Below, piece by piece: positions 1-9,302 of a DNA stretch of 64,000 bases. The stretch covers positions 31,584-95,583 of the forward strand of contig JBGVNN010000041.1 in the NCBI GenBank assembly GCA_045125595.1, in the 5' to 3' direction. Made by a program: the position numbers and the translations under genes. The DNA comes from Candidatus Egerieisoma sp. (GTDB lineage: Bacteria > Bacillota > Clostridia > UBA1212 > UBA1255). Position 1 is the stretch's first letter. The number at the start of each line of letters is the position of its first letter. The notes under the pieces were generated by a model. It made no database searches, was not told the DNA's origin, and saw nothing but the letters and a program-made list of their open reading frames with translations.

Positions 1-542
1 AATCGTCTTTAATAAATGCTCTTTTAGGCCGCAAAAGATTAGCGTACAGCGGTTCAAAGCAAGGTATGACAAGACAAATCAATTATTATAACCTTGACGA
101 TGAGCTCCATTTTGTGGATTTGCCGGGTTACGGCTTTGCGGCAGTATCTAAGAATGAAAAAAATCTGTGGGGAAAAGTTATTACAGATTATTTGAATGTA
201 AGGCCTCAGTTGTATCTTGTGCTTATGTTGGTCGACATTCGTCACAAACCGTCAAAAGATGACGAGAATATGTATCAATGGATATTAAATTCGGGCATTG
301 ATTATTTGATAGTAGCCACCAAAGCTGACAAATTAAGCAAAATGCAGGCAAAAAATAACGCACAAATAATAAGAAAGACTTTACAAATACCCCCTGAAAA
401 GGATATTATATGCGTATCTGCCGAAAAGAGGACAGGTATAGACAAATTATGGGAAGCCATTGACAGCTACATCGTAGAAGACGATGTTGAAGAGGCTCAA
501 ACAGATGAAATAATTGAGAAAGGCACTGATAATAATGAGTAA
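1..542 (+). CDS. engB: Ribosome-biogenesis GTP-binding protein EngB/YihA/YsxC, 5'-truncated by the window edge
   Basis: The ORF 66..542 translation contains VDLPGYG and the downstream G4/G5 region typical of EngB. The N-terminal G1 (GKS) region is missing, so the gene starts upstream of position 1. Confidence 0.7.
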   Translation, partial: SSLINALLGRKRLAYSGSKQGMTRQINYYNLDDELHFVDLPGYGFAAVSKNEKNLWGKVITDYLNVRPQLYLVLMLVDIRHKPSKDDENMYQWILNSGIDYLIVATKADKLSKMQAKNNAQIIRKTLQIPPEKDIICVSAEKRTGIDKLWEAIDSYIVEDDVEEAQTDEIIEKGTDNNE

Positions 543-1797
543 AAACGCATTTATTACAAAACAGCAAGCAGAAGATATTTGCAAGGAGTTTCCGACTCCG
601 TTTCATATATACAGCGAAGACGGTATCAGAACCGTTATCAGAAATTTAAGAAAAGCATTTTCTTGGAACAAAGGCTATCGCGAGTATTTCGCGGTGAAGG
701 CTTGCCCAAATCCTTTCTTGATTAAAATAATGCAAGAAGAGGGTTGCGGTGTTGACTGCTCATCTTATACCGAGCTTATGTTGGCAGAAAGCCTTGGCTT
801 TAGCGGCAAAGAAATTATGTTCTCATCAAATGCTACACCTGCACAAGATTTTGAGTATGCAAGACAGCTTGATGCTATCGTAAATCTTGATGATTTTACA
901 CATATCGACTTTTTGGCTGAGCACGGTGGCATTCCGGAGGAAATTTGTTTGAGATTTAACCCCGGCGGATTCTTTACTGTAGGAAACAGCATTATGGGTA
1001 ACCCCGGCGACGCCAAGTACGGCATGACTCCCGACCAAATGGTTGAGGGTATTCGCAAGCTTATGAAAATGGGAGCAAAGCGTTTTGGTATTCACGCATT
1101 CCTTGCGAGTAATATGATAGAAAAAGACTACTACCCGACATTGGCGGCGCAACTTTTCCGTGAAGCAGTAAGACTCAACAAAGAGACAGGTGCGGAAATC
1201 AGCTTCGTAAACCTCTCGGGAGGTATTGGCATTCCGTACAAACCGGAGGACGAGCCTGCTGATATATTCTATATCGGCGCGGGAGTGGAGAAAGCGTACA
1301 ACGAGATAATAGTGCCGTCTCCGATTAAGTCGCTTGATATTAAGACTGAGCTTGGCAGATACATTACAGGCCCTTATGGTATGCTTGTGACACGTGTTTT
1401 GCATGAGAAGAATACTTTTAAACATTATATAGGCACAGATGCTTGTGCGGCAAATCTTATGAGACCTGCTATGTACGGTGCATATCATCACATAGTTGTA
1501 CTTGGCAAGGAGAATGAGCCTTGCACTAAAACATATGATGTAACGGGTGGTCTTTGTGAGAATAATGACAAATTTGCAATTGACCGCAACCTCCCGGAGA
1601 TTGAAATAGGCGATTTGCTTGCGATTCTTGATTCGGGCGCTCATGGTTATGCTATGGGTTACAACTATAACGGTAAGCTCAGAAGCGCAGAGCTTTTGCT
1701 TCAATCTGATGGCAGCGTGAAGATGATTAGAAGAGCAGAAACGCCGAAAGATTATTTTGCGACATTTGATTTTTCGGATATAATTAAAGTAAAATAA
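535..1797 (+). CDS. PLP-dependent Orn/DAP/Arg decarboxylase family protein, diaminopimelate decarboxylase-like
   Basis: The 420-aa ORF contains FAVKACPNP...GCGVDCSSYTE, resembling the LysA-type PLP-binding region. The likely start is ATG 535, overlapping the engB stop. Confidence 0.6.
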   Translation: MSKNAFITKQQAEDICKEFPTPFHIYSEDGIRTVIRNLRKAFSWNKGYREYFAVKACPNPFLIKIMQEEGCGVDCSSYTELMLAESLGFSGKEIMFSSNATPAQDFEYARQLDAIVNLDDFTHIDFLAEHGGIPEEICLRFNPGGFFTVGNSIMGNPGDAKYGMTPDQMVEGIRKLMKMGAKRFGIHAFLASNMIEKDYYPTLAAQLFREAVRLNKETGAEISFVNLSGGIGIPYKPEDEPADIFYIGAGVEKAYNEIIVPSPIKSLDIKTELGRYITGPYGMLVTRVLHEKNTFKHYIGTDACAANLMRPAMYGAYHHIVVLGKENEPCTKTYDVTGGLCENNDKFAIDRNLPEIEIGDLLAILDSGAHGYAMGYNYNGKLRSAELLLQSDGSVKMIRRAETPKDYFATFDFSDIIKVK

Positions 1798-1834
1798 ATA
1801 AACCGTAAAAGAAATTAGAATAGGAGAAATAATT

Positions 1835-2398
1835 ATGGCAAATATAACAAAAATCCAAGAAATTGCATCACGCGTTAAAGAACTTCGTGAAATATCGGAT
1901 GTCAGCGTGGAGGAAATGGCAGAAAAGCTCAACATGAGTGTTGAGAAGTTCCTTGCGTACGAAAATGCAGAGGTGGATTTCCCGGTGAGCGTGCTGTATG
2001 AGATTTCTTCTTTCCTGCGAGTCGACATGACGGAACTTCTTACCGGCACTTCTCCGCGTTTGGCGAATTGTTCGTTAGTGAGAAAGGGAGAGGGTATTGC
2101 CGTTGATAGATATCAAGGCTATGATTTTGAGAGCATTGCGTATAAATTTATAGGCAGAAAAATTGAGCCTATGATAGTAACCGTGGATGCTGCGACTGAG
2201 CAAGAACCGCCCAAAATGGTTTCTCATACAGGTCAAGAATTCAACTATGTATTGGAAGGTACTGTAAAAGTCCATTTCGGCAACAGTGAATTCATATTAA
2301 ACGAGGGCGATTGCTTGTATTTTGATCCTACCACACCGCACTCACAAAATGCTATGGGTGGCAAGGATGCTAAATTTTTAACAGTTATTTTACTGTAA
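1835..2398 (+). CDS. XRE-family HTH transcriptional regulator with C-terminal cupin sensor domain
   Basis: The N-terminus has an HTH_XRE-like signature (ISDVSVEEMAEKLNMSVEKFLAYENAE). The C-terminal ~100 aa looks cupin-like. An RBS-like aggaga lies upstream of ATG 1835. Confidence 0.7.
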   Translation: MANITKIQEIASRVKELREISDVSVEEMAEKLNMSVEKFLAYENAEVDFPVSVLYEISSFLRVDMTELLTGTSPRLANCSLVRKGEGIAVDRYQGYDFESIAYKFIGRKIEPMIVTVDAATEQEPPKMVSHTGQEFNYVLEGTVKVHFGNSEFILNEGDCLYFDPTTPHSQNAMGGKDAKFLTVILL

Positions 2399-2417
2399 TT
2401 TACGGAGGTTTCTAATA

Positions 2418-4088
2418 ATGGATTATATATTAAATAAATATTTGCCCCGAATTAAGTTTGACTCTTATGAGGATTTTAAGGCAAATTTTAAAATAAATGT
2501 TCCCGATGATTTTAACTTCGGTTATGATGTTGTTGATGCTTGGGCAAATGCTGAGCCTGAAAAGCGTGCGCTTGTTTGGTGTAACGACCACGGCGAAGAG
2601 AGAATATTTACTTTCACAGACGTTAAAAAAATAAGTAATAAAATGTGTAATTACTTTAAATCAATAGGTCTCAAAAAGGGCGACAAGGTTCTCCTTATTA
2701 TGAAGCGCCGTTGGGAATATTGGATTACGGTAACTGCACTTCACAAAATGGGTGTCGTTATTATCCCTGCAACATTCCAGCTTACAGAGAAAGACCTCGT
2801 GTACAGAATTAACGCAGCTTCTGCTAAAATGATTATTTGTGCGCAGGATGAAAATATAATTTCTCATGTAGAAAATTCTTTAGAACAATGTCCTACATTA
2901 AAGTTTAAAGCTCTCGTTATGGCGAGTGGCGAATCAAGAGAAGGCTGGATAAATTATACAGAAGCATACGAAGGACAAAGCGACATATTTGAGCGCCCGC
3001 AAGGAGACGATTTCGTATCAGCAAATGACCTGATGATAATTTACTTCACAAGCGGTACAACCGGTATGCCCAAAATGGTACAACACGTACAATCATATCC
3101 TTTGGGACACATACTTACAGCCAAATATTGGCAACAAGTAGAGGAGAACGGTCTTCACTTAACAGTAGCCGACTCAGGCTGGGCAAAATTCTCATGGGGT
3201 AAAATTTACGGCCAATGGATTGCAGGCTCTGCAAACCTCGGCTACGATATGGACAAGTTTGAGCCTCATAAACTCTTGAGCGTTATTGAAAAATATAGAA
3301 TAACAACTTTCTGTGCGCCCGCTACGATGTACAGATTTATGATAAAAGAGGACGTAACCAAATACGATTTATCCTCAATTCACCATTGCTGTATGGCTGG
3401 TGAACCCTTGAACCCTGCAGTTTTTGAACAGTGGGAGAAATTGACAGGTCACAAGCTCTATGAAGGCTTCGGTCAAACAGAAACTCCCGTTCTTATGGCC
3501 AACTTCGAGTGGCTTAACATCAAACCGGGTTCAACCGGCAAGCCTTCCGCACTCTATGACATACATATAGTAAACGAAGAAGGCAAAGACTGCGAAATAG
3601 GCGAAGAGGGCGAAATCGTTATCAAAAATGCTAAAGCAAACCGCCCCGTAGGTCTTACAATAGGATATTATAACGACGAAAAGGCGAACGAAAAGCTTTA
3701 TGCCGGCGGAGATTTCCATACAGGTGACAACGCTTGGTATGACGAGGACGGCCATATATGGTTCATAGGCCGCGTAGACGACGTTATCAAATGCTCCGGC
3801 TACAGAATCGGACCCTTTGAAGTTGAAAGTGCCCTCATGACACACCCTTCAGTATTGGAGTGCGCTATTACCGCTGCACCCGATCCCGTAAGAGGACAAG
3901 TTGTTAAAGCTACAATCGTTCTTGCTAAAGGCTACGAGCCCTCAGACGAACTCAAAAAAGAGCTTCAAAACCACGTTAAAAAGGTTACAGCTCCTTATAA
4001 ATACCCCAGAATCGTTGATTTCGTTAAAGAACTTCCCAAAACCACCAGCGGCAAGATTCGCCGCGTGGCAATCAGAGAGAATTCTTGA
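2418..4088 (+). CDS. AMP-forming acyl-CoA synthetase/ligase (AMP-binding family)
   Basis: AMP-binding motif YFTSGTTGMPKMV and a downstream GYGQTE-like motif. 556 aa. Confidence 0.8.
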   Translation: MDYILNKYLPRIKFDSYEDFKANFKINVPDDFNFGYDVVDAWANAEPEKRALVWCNDHGEERIFTFTDVKKISNKMCNYFKSIGLKKGDKVLLIMKRRWEYWITVTALHKMGVVIIPATFQLTEKDLVYRINAASAKMIICAQDENIISHVENSLEQCPTLKFKALVMASGESREGWINYTEAYEGQSDIFERPQGDDFVSANDLMIIYFTSGTTGMPKMVQHVQSYPLGHILTAKYWQQVEENGLHLTVADSGWAKFSWGKIYGQWIAGSANLGYDMDKFEPHKLLSVIEKYRITTFCAPATMYRFMIKEDVTKYDLSSIHHCCMAGEPLNPAVFEQWEKLTGHKLYEGFGQTETPVLMANFEWLNIKPGSTGKPSALYDIHIVNEEGKDCEIGEEGEIVIKNAKANRPVGLTIGYYNDEKANEKLYAGGDFHTGDNAWYDEDGHIWFIGRVDDVIKCSGYRIGPFEVESALMTHPSVLECAITAAPDPVRGQVVKATIVLAKGYEPSDELKKELQNHVKKVTAPYKYPRIVDFVKELPKTTSGKIRRVAIRENS

Positions 4089-4110
4089 TTTGATAAATTA
4101 TGATATGAAA

Positions 4111-4143
4111 ATCGCCCCTGACCGATAGGGGCGATTTTTTTTA
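4111..4143. terminator. Bidirectional rho-independent terminator between convergent genes
   Basis: Stem ATCGCCCCT/AGGGGCGAT flanked by A and T runs. Confidence 0.8.
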
Positions 4144-4172
4144 ATATTATTCTTATCTGCTTAAAGCAACTA

Positions 4173-5462
4173 TTATTCAATCACGTATTCAAATTTTTCC
4201 CACTCGCCATGAGTATACTCATCTGCCGGGTAGTCAAATCCTTTTGACTCAATAATACCATGTTCGTCACAAATTTCGTAATTCAAACTATATTTATTTT
4301 CTTCAGAGTTATATGTAACACTTTGTCGACCTCTTGTAACACCTTCAATTACCGTAACCCTCCCAATTTCGCAACAATAGTAAGATAATGTTCCGTCAAC
4401 AGTTTCTTTGCTGAGGGTATAATTATTTGTCGAATCTTTGTAATCGGTGTACGATACAGTATAAACTTGTTTGTTGCCGTCTCTCTGTTCTACCAAAAGA
4501 TAATTCGTTTGGAGATTACCATTTGCGTCGAGTTTATCAACAACGATATTATGATAAATCATAATACCGTTTTCAATTGTAGTGGTTTCGCGATAAGTTC
4601 CGCCGTTTTCGTAATTTTTGTTTTTATATTCTTCGCTTCTAATAACATTACCATCAGCATCCGTGCGAGTATTTACAGAATGTCCGTCTTCTCTGACTAT
4701 CGTTTCAATGTACTCAAGAACTCCTGATTCAGCATAATGTTCAACCTTTAAGAGAGAATCGTTAGAGTCATACTCTCTGATTTCAAAAGTAGTACCATCA
4801 GAATAAAAAGACGTATTAATATAGGAACTATCCGGATTGACAACAGAAACTGATAACTTGACATTATTCTCATCGTAAACAGTCGCAGAAGAGACAACAC
4901 ATTTATCTCCATCAAAATTGCAAACAAGGATATTCGTTCCTTTGTGCTCATTTTTGATAAGCCCCTTGCCGTAATATCCATCTCTGTCAGCTTCGCTCAG
5001 TTTCGATTCAAAATACGCGTCTTTGAGAGCGTTCGCATCATTACCTGTAGCGACAAAACAATAATAGAGCTGTGCAGAAATTGTGAATGTAATATTACCT
5101 GATTTCAGATCGAAAGTTCCGTAATTAGTTCTAAGGATTTTCATTTCAGCATCAAACTCAGGATGTCCGACATCATTACCATCAATAACATTACCATAAT
5201 TACTATACATATAGCAGCTACCGTCGCGATTGAGCACCATATTTAGGGTACTTCCTGCCATTGTAAGTGTAAATTCCTTTTCATTTCCTTCAACACCGTT
5301 CCAAATGTCAATTACTGCCCCGTCATTGCTTTCGCTGTTAGTTTCTTTATTGCTTTCGTTATTAGTCTTATTAACAGAATCAGAACCATTATTACAAGCA
5401 ACAAATACAAATAGCATAATTAAGACTAAAATAAATGTAAAAATTTTTTTCACCGTAAACAC
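4173..5462 (-). CDS. Lipoprotein, hypothetical, with degenerate YD/DxxGN-type repeats
   Basis: Signal peptide with lipobox (LFVFVAC). Repeated DANGN/DADGN motifs. The true start may be the internal GTG (codon 4), which has a GAGGTG RBS. Confidence 0.6.
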   Translation of the reverse strand: MFTVKKIFTFILVLIMLFVFVACNNGSDSVNKTNNESNKETNSESNDGAVIDIWNGVEGNEKEFTLTMAGSTLNMVLNRDGSCYMYSNYGNVIDGNDVGHPEFDAEMKILRTNYGTFDLKSGNITFTISAQLYYCFVATGNDANALKDAYFESKLSEADRDGYYGKGLIKNEHKGTNILVCNFDGDKCVVSSATVYDENNVKLSVSVVNPDSSYINTSFYSDGTTFEIREYDSNDSLLKVEHYAESGVLEYIETIVREDGHSVNTRTDADGNVIRSEEYKNKNYENGGTYRETTTIENGIMIYHNIVVDKLDANGNLQTNYLLVEQRDGNKQVYTVSYTDYKDSTNNYTLSKETVDGTLSYYCCEIGRVTVIEGVTRGRQSVTYNSEENKYSLNYEICDEHGIIESKGFDYPADEYTHGEWEKFEYVIE

Positions 5463-5520
5463 CTCATGTAAAAATTTTTCACCAAGATAGCGAGTCTTGG
5501 TTTATGTTTAAATCTTTTGA

Positions 5521-5548
5521 ATTATATAATATTTTTTTAAAATTTCAA
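5521..5548 (-). promoter_or_regulatory. Putative sigma-A promoter for the lipoprotein gene 4173..5462
   Basis: On the minus strand: TTGAAA, 16-nt spacer, TATAAT. Confidence 0.4.
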
Positions 5549-5589
5549 ATATTATTGATGAGGAATTTTTCGTACTTATAGATTGCTTG

Positions 5590-5753
5590 AATTTCTCCCA
5601 CAAAAGGCTAGATTTGTTATAGAAAAAGTGTCTTGAAACCGTTTGAAACAGCTATAAAGCGCCTTGAAGCGTTGTTTTTTCACAAAAAGCGACCGTTTTG
5701 GGGAGAAACTTTTCTTTTTTCTCCCACAAAAACGCATTTCTTGTGCAGAAATT
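5590..5753 (+). repeat. Small intergenic repeat element, copy A (~165 bp), with internal 14-nt inverted motif TTTCTCCCACAAAA
   Basis: About 80-88% identical to the reverse complement of 31509-31675. The motif TTTCTCCCACAAAA occurs at 5592 (+), 5696 (inverted) and 5718 (+). Confidence 0.8.
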
Positions 5754-5782
5754 TTTCTGCGCAACAAGTCAACAAAAAATCG

Positions 5783-5810
5783 TTGACAAAATTTCGGGGG
5801 GGGGTAGAAT
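5783..5810 (+). promoter_or_regulatory. Sigma-A-type promoter with G9 homopolymer in the spacer, upstream of the lipoprotein gene 5849..6634
   Basis: TTGACA (5783-5788), 16-nt spacer ending in nine G (5796-5804), TAGAAT (5805-5810). Confidence 0.55.
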
Positions 5811-5848
5811 GCTAACGCTAAAAAATAAACAAAGGAGAGACATAATTT

Positions 5849-6634
5849 ATGAAAATTACATCTAAAATACTTGTCTTAGTTCTTGCCTGTATGATGTTAT
5901 TGACATCGTGCGGGAGTGATGACAAGAAAGAAGAAAATAAAGCTACAGCGCCGGCAACAGAAACTACAACTGCAACTGCCGTAAACAAAGATGCGCCTAC
6001 GGCGACTGCAACAATTGAGCCGACTACGGAGGCTACGAAAGTTCCTGTGACAGAGACTCCGGATAATCCTGTAACAACAGAAGAAACTACAGCAACTGCA
6101 AACCCTACAAAAAATCCTTCGGTAATTATTCAACCTACAGAGAAACCGACTGAAAAACCAACAATCAAACCGACTTCGACAAGCAAACCAACAGTTTCTC
6201 CTGCAAATAAGCCGACAGAAACTGCTAAGCCAACAACTCCGGTCCCGACAACGACTTCCACTCCTACGGCTACAGCTAAACCAACTCCCACGCTTGATCC
6301 CTCAGTGGATTATTCCAAATGGGGAAAACATGGTTTTGAGAGACTGCTTCCAATACCATTGCCTTTCAGCGATGAAGAAGCAGATTGGATTAGTAGAAAG
6401 ACAAGCACACACGGTTATGAAGTTGCAAACAACAAAAAAATTAACTTAAACAATCCCAAAGATATCGTAAATATTGTTCAAGAATACGTAACATCATGCG
6501 AGTCATACGGATATATTGTTATGCGTGATCAATCAGTTTTTACAGCAATCTTGGGAAAAGAGAAAAAATTTGCCATTAACTGTGGCAACGGTTATTTAGC
6601 AATAATGATAACTGACTTCTCACAGATTTCATAA
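5849..6634 (+). CDS. Thr/Pro-rich (mucin-like) surface lipoprotein, hypothetical
   Basis: Lipobox LLTSCGSD. A long KPT/TAT low-complexity linker (nt ~5950-6300) is followed by a C-terminal ~110-aa globular domain. RBS AAAGGAGAG lies 8 nt upstream of the ATG. Confidence 0.7.
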   Translation: MKITSKILVLVLACMMLLTSCGSDDKKEENKATAPATETTTATAVNKDAPTATATIEPTTEATKVPVTETPDNPVTTEETTATANPTKNPSVIIQPTEKPTEKPTIKPTSTSKPTVSPANKPTETAKPTTPVPTTTSTPTATAKPTPTLDPSVDYSKWGKHGFERLLPIPLPFSDEEADWISRKTSTHGYEVANNKKINLNNPKDIVNIVQEYVTSCESYGYIVMRDQSVFTAILGKEKKFAINCGNGYLAIMITDFSQIS

Positions 6635-6646
6635 CCCACAAAATAA

Positions 6647-6679
6647 AAACAACACGGAATGTATTTCGTGTTGTTTTTA
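6647..6679 (+). terminator. Rho-independent terminator after lipoprotein gene
   Basis: Stem ACAACACG/CGTGTTGT with a 10-nt loop and T-run. Confidence 0.7.
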
Positions 6680-6728
6680 CCTAATAAAGCTCCAAGATAT
6701 GTGTTAATTACGAGTCTCGGAGCTTTTC

Positions 6729-6801
6729 GCCGGATTTAGCTCAGAGGCAGAGTAGTACATTAAACATGTGAAGGCGCAAGTTCAGTTCTTGCAATCCGGC
6801 A
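6729..6801 (+). pseudogene. tRNA-like element: intact acceptor, D and T arms, aberrant anticodon arm (tRNA pseudogene or tRNA-derived remnant)
   Basis: Acceptor GCCGGAT/ATCCGGC 7 bp; D arm GCTC-AGAGGCA-GAGT; T arm GCAAG-TTCAGTT-CTTGC. The anticodon region folds as TACAT-TAAAC-ATGTG, a 5-nt loop. An alternative 7-nt loop reads anticodon AAA. Confidence 0.45.
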
Positions 6802-6813
6802 TTATAACGGACG

Positions 6814-7020
6814 GATTTTCAGCGATTTTTTCAAATTATAACAGAAAATTTTTGTCATAAAAGTGAGCTGGAGAGTTCAAGGACAGTAGCAGAGCTGGAT
6901 TTTCAGCGGTTTTTTCAAATTATAACAGAAAATTTTTGTCATAAAAGTGAACTGGAGAGTTCAAGGTCAGTAGCAGAGCTGAATTTTCAGCCGTTTTTTT
7001 AAAATTTAACAGAAAATCTT
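6814..7020 (+). repeat. Tandem direct repeat, ~84-bp unit x ~2.5 copies, intergenic
   Basis: Units 6814-6896, 6897-6980 and a partial unit 6981-7020 are about 90% identical. Each contains ATTATAACAGAAAAT and GAGTTCAAGGNCAGTAGCAGAGCTG. Confidence 0.85.
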
Positions 7021-7179
7021 ATATTGAATGATACTGAAGCAGTTTTAATCTTTTTGTCTACTAAAAATTAATATCAATCCGAAAGAATAAAATGGGCTGT
7101 GAAAAACAGCCCATAAATATTTCGCTCAAACTTGTGGCGAGCGACCACTTTTCCGTAGAAAAACAACAAAAAGTTTATA

Positions 7180-7208
7180 ATGAAAAATAAAATACTTTAT
7201 GGTACAAT
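7180..7208 (+). promoter_or_regulatory. Putative extended -10 promoter for ybaB-recR-prfA
   Basis: TGgTACAAT at 7200-7208 with a weak -35. Confidence 0.35.
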
Positions 7209-7253
7209 AGAGATGTATGACTTTGATTATTGAATTGAAAGGAATTGAGAAAA

Positions 7254-7592
7254 ATGGCAAAAGGATTCAGAGGCGGATTTGGAGCAAAAAACGGTGCGGG
7301 AAATAATATGCAGCGTCTTATGCAGCAAGCACAACAAATGCAAAGAGAGATGGAGAAGGAGCAAGCTGCAATATCAGAGAAAGTGTTTGAGACAACTTCC
7401 GGCGGCGGTGCTGTAAAAGTAACTATGACAGGTGAGAAGAAGCTTCAGTCACTTGAAATTAAACCTGAGGTTGTAGATCCTGAGGATGTAGAAATGCTTC
7501 AAGACCTTATTATGGCAGCAATCAATGAGTGCGTTGATGCGATTGAAGAAGAAACACAAGCCGTTATGGGCAAATATACAATGGGAATGTAA
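7254..7592 (+). CDS. ybaB: Nucleoid-associated protein YbaB/EbfC
   Basis: Typical ~110-aa YbaB sequence (MQQAQQMQREMEKEQ...). RBS GAAAGGA sits upstream of ATG 7254. The ORF-track start at 7245 is a TTG extension. Confidence 0.85.
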   Translation: MAKGFRGGFGAKNGAGNNMQRLMQQAQQMQREMEKEQAAISEKVFETTSGGGAVKVTMTGEKKLQSLEIKPEVVDPEDVEMLQDLIMAAINECVDAIEEETQAVMGKYTMGM

Positions 7593-7615
7593 TAATAAAA
7601 TTTTGAGGATTCAAA

Positions 7616-8212
7616 ATGAGCGTATACGGAGCATCGGTTACAAAGTTAATAGAGCAATTTGAGAAGCTTCCCGGCATAGGACATAAATCGGCGCAAAGAA
7701 TGGCTTTTTATATTCTCGGCAGGTCACAGGAAGAGGCTGACACATTTGCGGATGCAATAAAAACAGCAAGAAAAGAACTCAAGTATTGCCAAGTGTGCCA
7801 AAATATGGCAGATAAGGATGTTTGCGATATTTGCAAAAATCCGGCGCGCGATAATGGTAAAATTTGTGTTGTAGAAGACCCCAGAGATGTTATGGCTATG
7901 GAGAGGTCAAAGGTTTTTACTGGAAGATATCACGTTTTGCATGGCGTTTTGTCACCGATTAACGGCATAGGTCCCGATGAAATCAAAATTAAAGAGCTTT
8001 TGGCGCGAATTAATGATACAGTTACGGAAATAATTGTAGCCACGAATCCGAATGTTGAGGGCGAAGCGACTGCAATGTATATTGCAAGACTTTTAAAGCC
8101 TTTTGGAGTTAAAGTTACAAGAATTGCCCATGGTGTGCCCGTAGGAGGCGACCTTGAGTATGTTGACGAGGTTACGATAGCAAGAGCTTTGGAGAACAGA
8201 AAAGAATTATGA
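7616..8212 (+). CDS. recR: Recombination protein RecR
   Basis: C4 zinc finger [16 protein letters not shown] plus a Toprim region. Sits immediately after ybaB, as in most bacteria. Confidence 0.9.
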   Translation: MSVYGASVTKLIEQFEKLPGIGHKSAQRMAFYILGRSQEEADTFADAIKTARKELKYCQVCQNMADKDVCDICKNPARDNGKICVVEDPRDVMAMERSKVFTGRYHVLHGVLSPINGIGPDEIKIKELLARINDTVTEIIVATNPNVEGEATAMYIARLLKPFGVKVTRIAHGVPVGGDLEYVDEVTIARALENRKEL

Positions 8213-9285
8213 TAGATAAATTACAAGCAGCCGAGTATAGATTTGACGAGCTGACACAAAAATTAACAGACCCCGAAGTGTTGGGAAAACCTGATGTGTA
8301 CAGGAAAACAGCCACAGAGCATTCCGAATTGGAAGAATTGGTGACTGTTTACAGAGCATATAAAGCTGCAGTACAAGAGCGCGACGAAGCGAAAGCGATG
8401 CTTTCCGCAGGAGGACAACTCGACGAAGACTTTAAAGAACTTTTGAAAGAAGAGTTTCACAGCAAAACCGAAGAAGTCGCACAGTTAGAAGAAAAGCTTA
8501 AGATAATGCTTATACCCAAAGACCCAAACGACAGCAAAAACGTCATTGTGGAGATACGAAGCGGTACGGGAGGAGAAGAAGCGGCGCTTTTCGGCGCGGT
8601 GCTTTTCAGAATGTACTCAAAATATGCCGAGCGTATGGGGTGGCGTATTGAAATTGTTGATTTTAACGAGACGGAAATCGGCGGTATCAAAGAGTGTACC
8701 TTTACGGTTGTGGGTGCAGGTGCTTACAGCAAATTGAAATTCGAAAGCGGTACGCACCGTGTGCAGAGAGTGCCTGTGACAGAGTCCGGCGGCAGAATTC
8801 ACACATCTGCCGCGACAGTTGCCGTACTTCCTGAGGTAGAAGAAGTTGATGTAGAGCTTAATCTTAACGACGTAGAAATAGAAACTTGCCGCTCCGGTGG
8901 AGCGGGCGGTCAGCACGTAAACAAAACGGAGTCTGCAATTCGCTTGATTCACAAACCTACAGGTATCGTGGTAACGTGTCAAGATGAACGTTCGCAACTC
9001 AAAAACAAAGAACGAGCATTTAAGGTTTTGCGCTCTAAGTTGTACGAGATGCAAAAAGCCGAAAGAGATAACAGCGTGGCAGAAACGAGAAAAAATCAAG
9101 TCGGCTCAGGCGACCGTAGTGAGAAAATCCGCACATACAATTATCCTCAAAATCGCGTAACTGACCACAGAATAAACCTTACTTTGTATCGTTTAGAGCC
9201 TATTCTTGACGGAGATATTGATGAGATAATTGAGGCATTGATAACAAATGAACGTGCCGAAAAGCTCGCACAGGGCAATGCATAA
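8209..9285 (+). CDS. prfA: Peptide chain release factor 1
   Basis: GGQ motif ([16 protein letters not shown]) and the RF1-type PVT tripeptide ([17 protein letters not shown]). Overlaps the recR stop by 4 nt. Confidence 0.9.
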   Translation: MIDKLQAAEYRFDELTQKLTDPEVLGKPDVYRKTATEHSELEELVTVYRAYKAAVQERDEAKAMLSAGGQLDEDFKELLKEEFHSKTEEVAQLEEKLKIMLIPKDPNDSKNVIVEIRSGTGGEEAALFGAVLFRMYSKYAERMGWRIEIVDFNETEIGGIKECTFTVVGAGAYSKLKFESGTHRVQRVPVTESGGRIHTSAATVAVLPEVEEVDVELNLNDVEIETCRSGGAGGQHVNKTESAIRLIHKPTGIVVTCQDERSQLKNKERAFKVLRSKLYEMQKAERDNSVAETRKNQVGSGDRSEKIRTYNYPQNRVTDHRINLTLYRLEPILDGDIDEIIEALITNERAEKLAQGNA

Positions 9286-9302
9286 GAACGGAAGCAACCT
9301 AT

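Noticed and set aside
826-2049. 407-aa ORF on the minus strand antisense to the lysA-like gene.
   Set aside because: It fully overlaps a well-conserved plus-strand gene. The translation is low-complexity (Ser/Ile/Arg-rich) with no motifs, typical of a frame-shadow ORF.
5576-5815. Short ORFs 5576..5767 (-) and 5633..5815 (+), with 31187..31564 (-) and 31312..31629 (-), that translate similarly.
   Set aside because: The similarity is explained by the inverted nucleotide repeat element. There is no RBS and no coding periodicity, so they were called as repeats rather than CDS.
6814-7020. Possible CRISPR array.
   Set aside because: The units are contiguous 84-bp tandem repeats with no unique spacers. 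Neither the period nor the structure fits a CRISPR, and there are no cas genes in the window.
6634-7254. Expected SRP RNA (ffs) or dnaX upstream of ybaB-recR.
   Set aside because: No SRP RNA conserved domain IV motif and no dnaX ORF were found. The region instead holds the tRNA-like element and tandem repeats.
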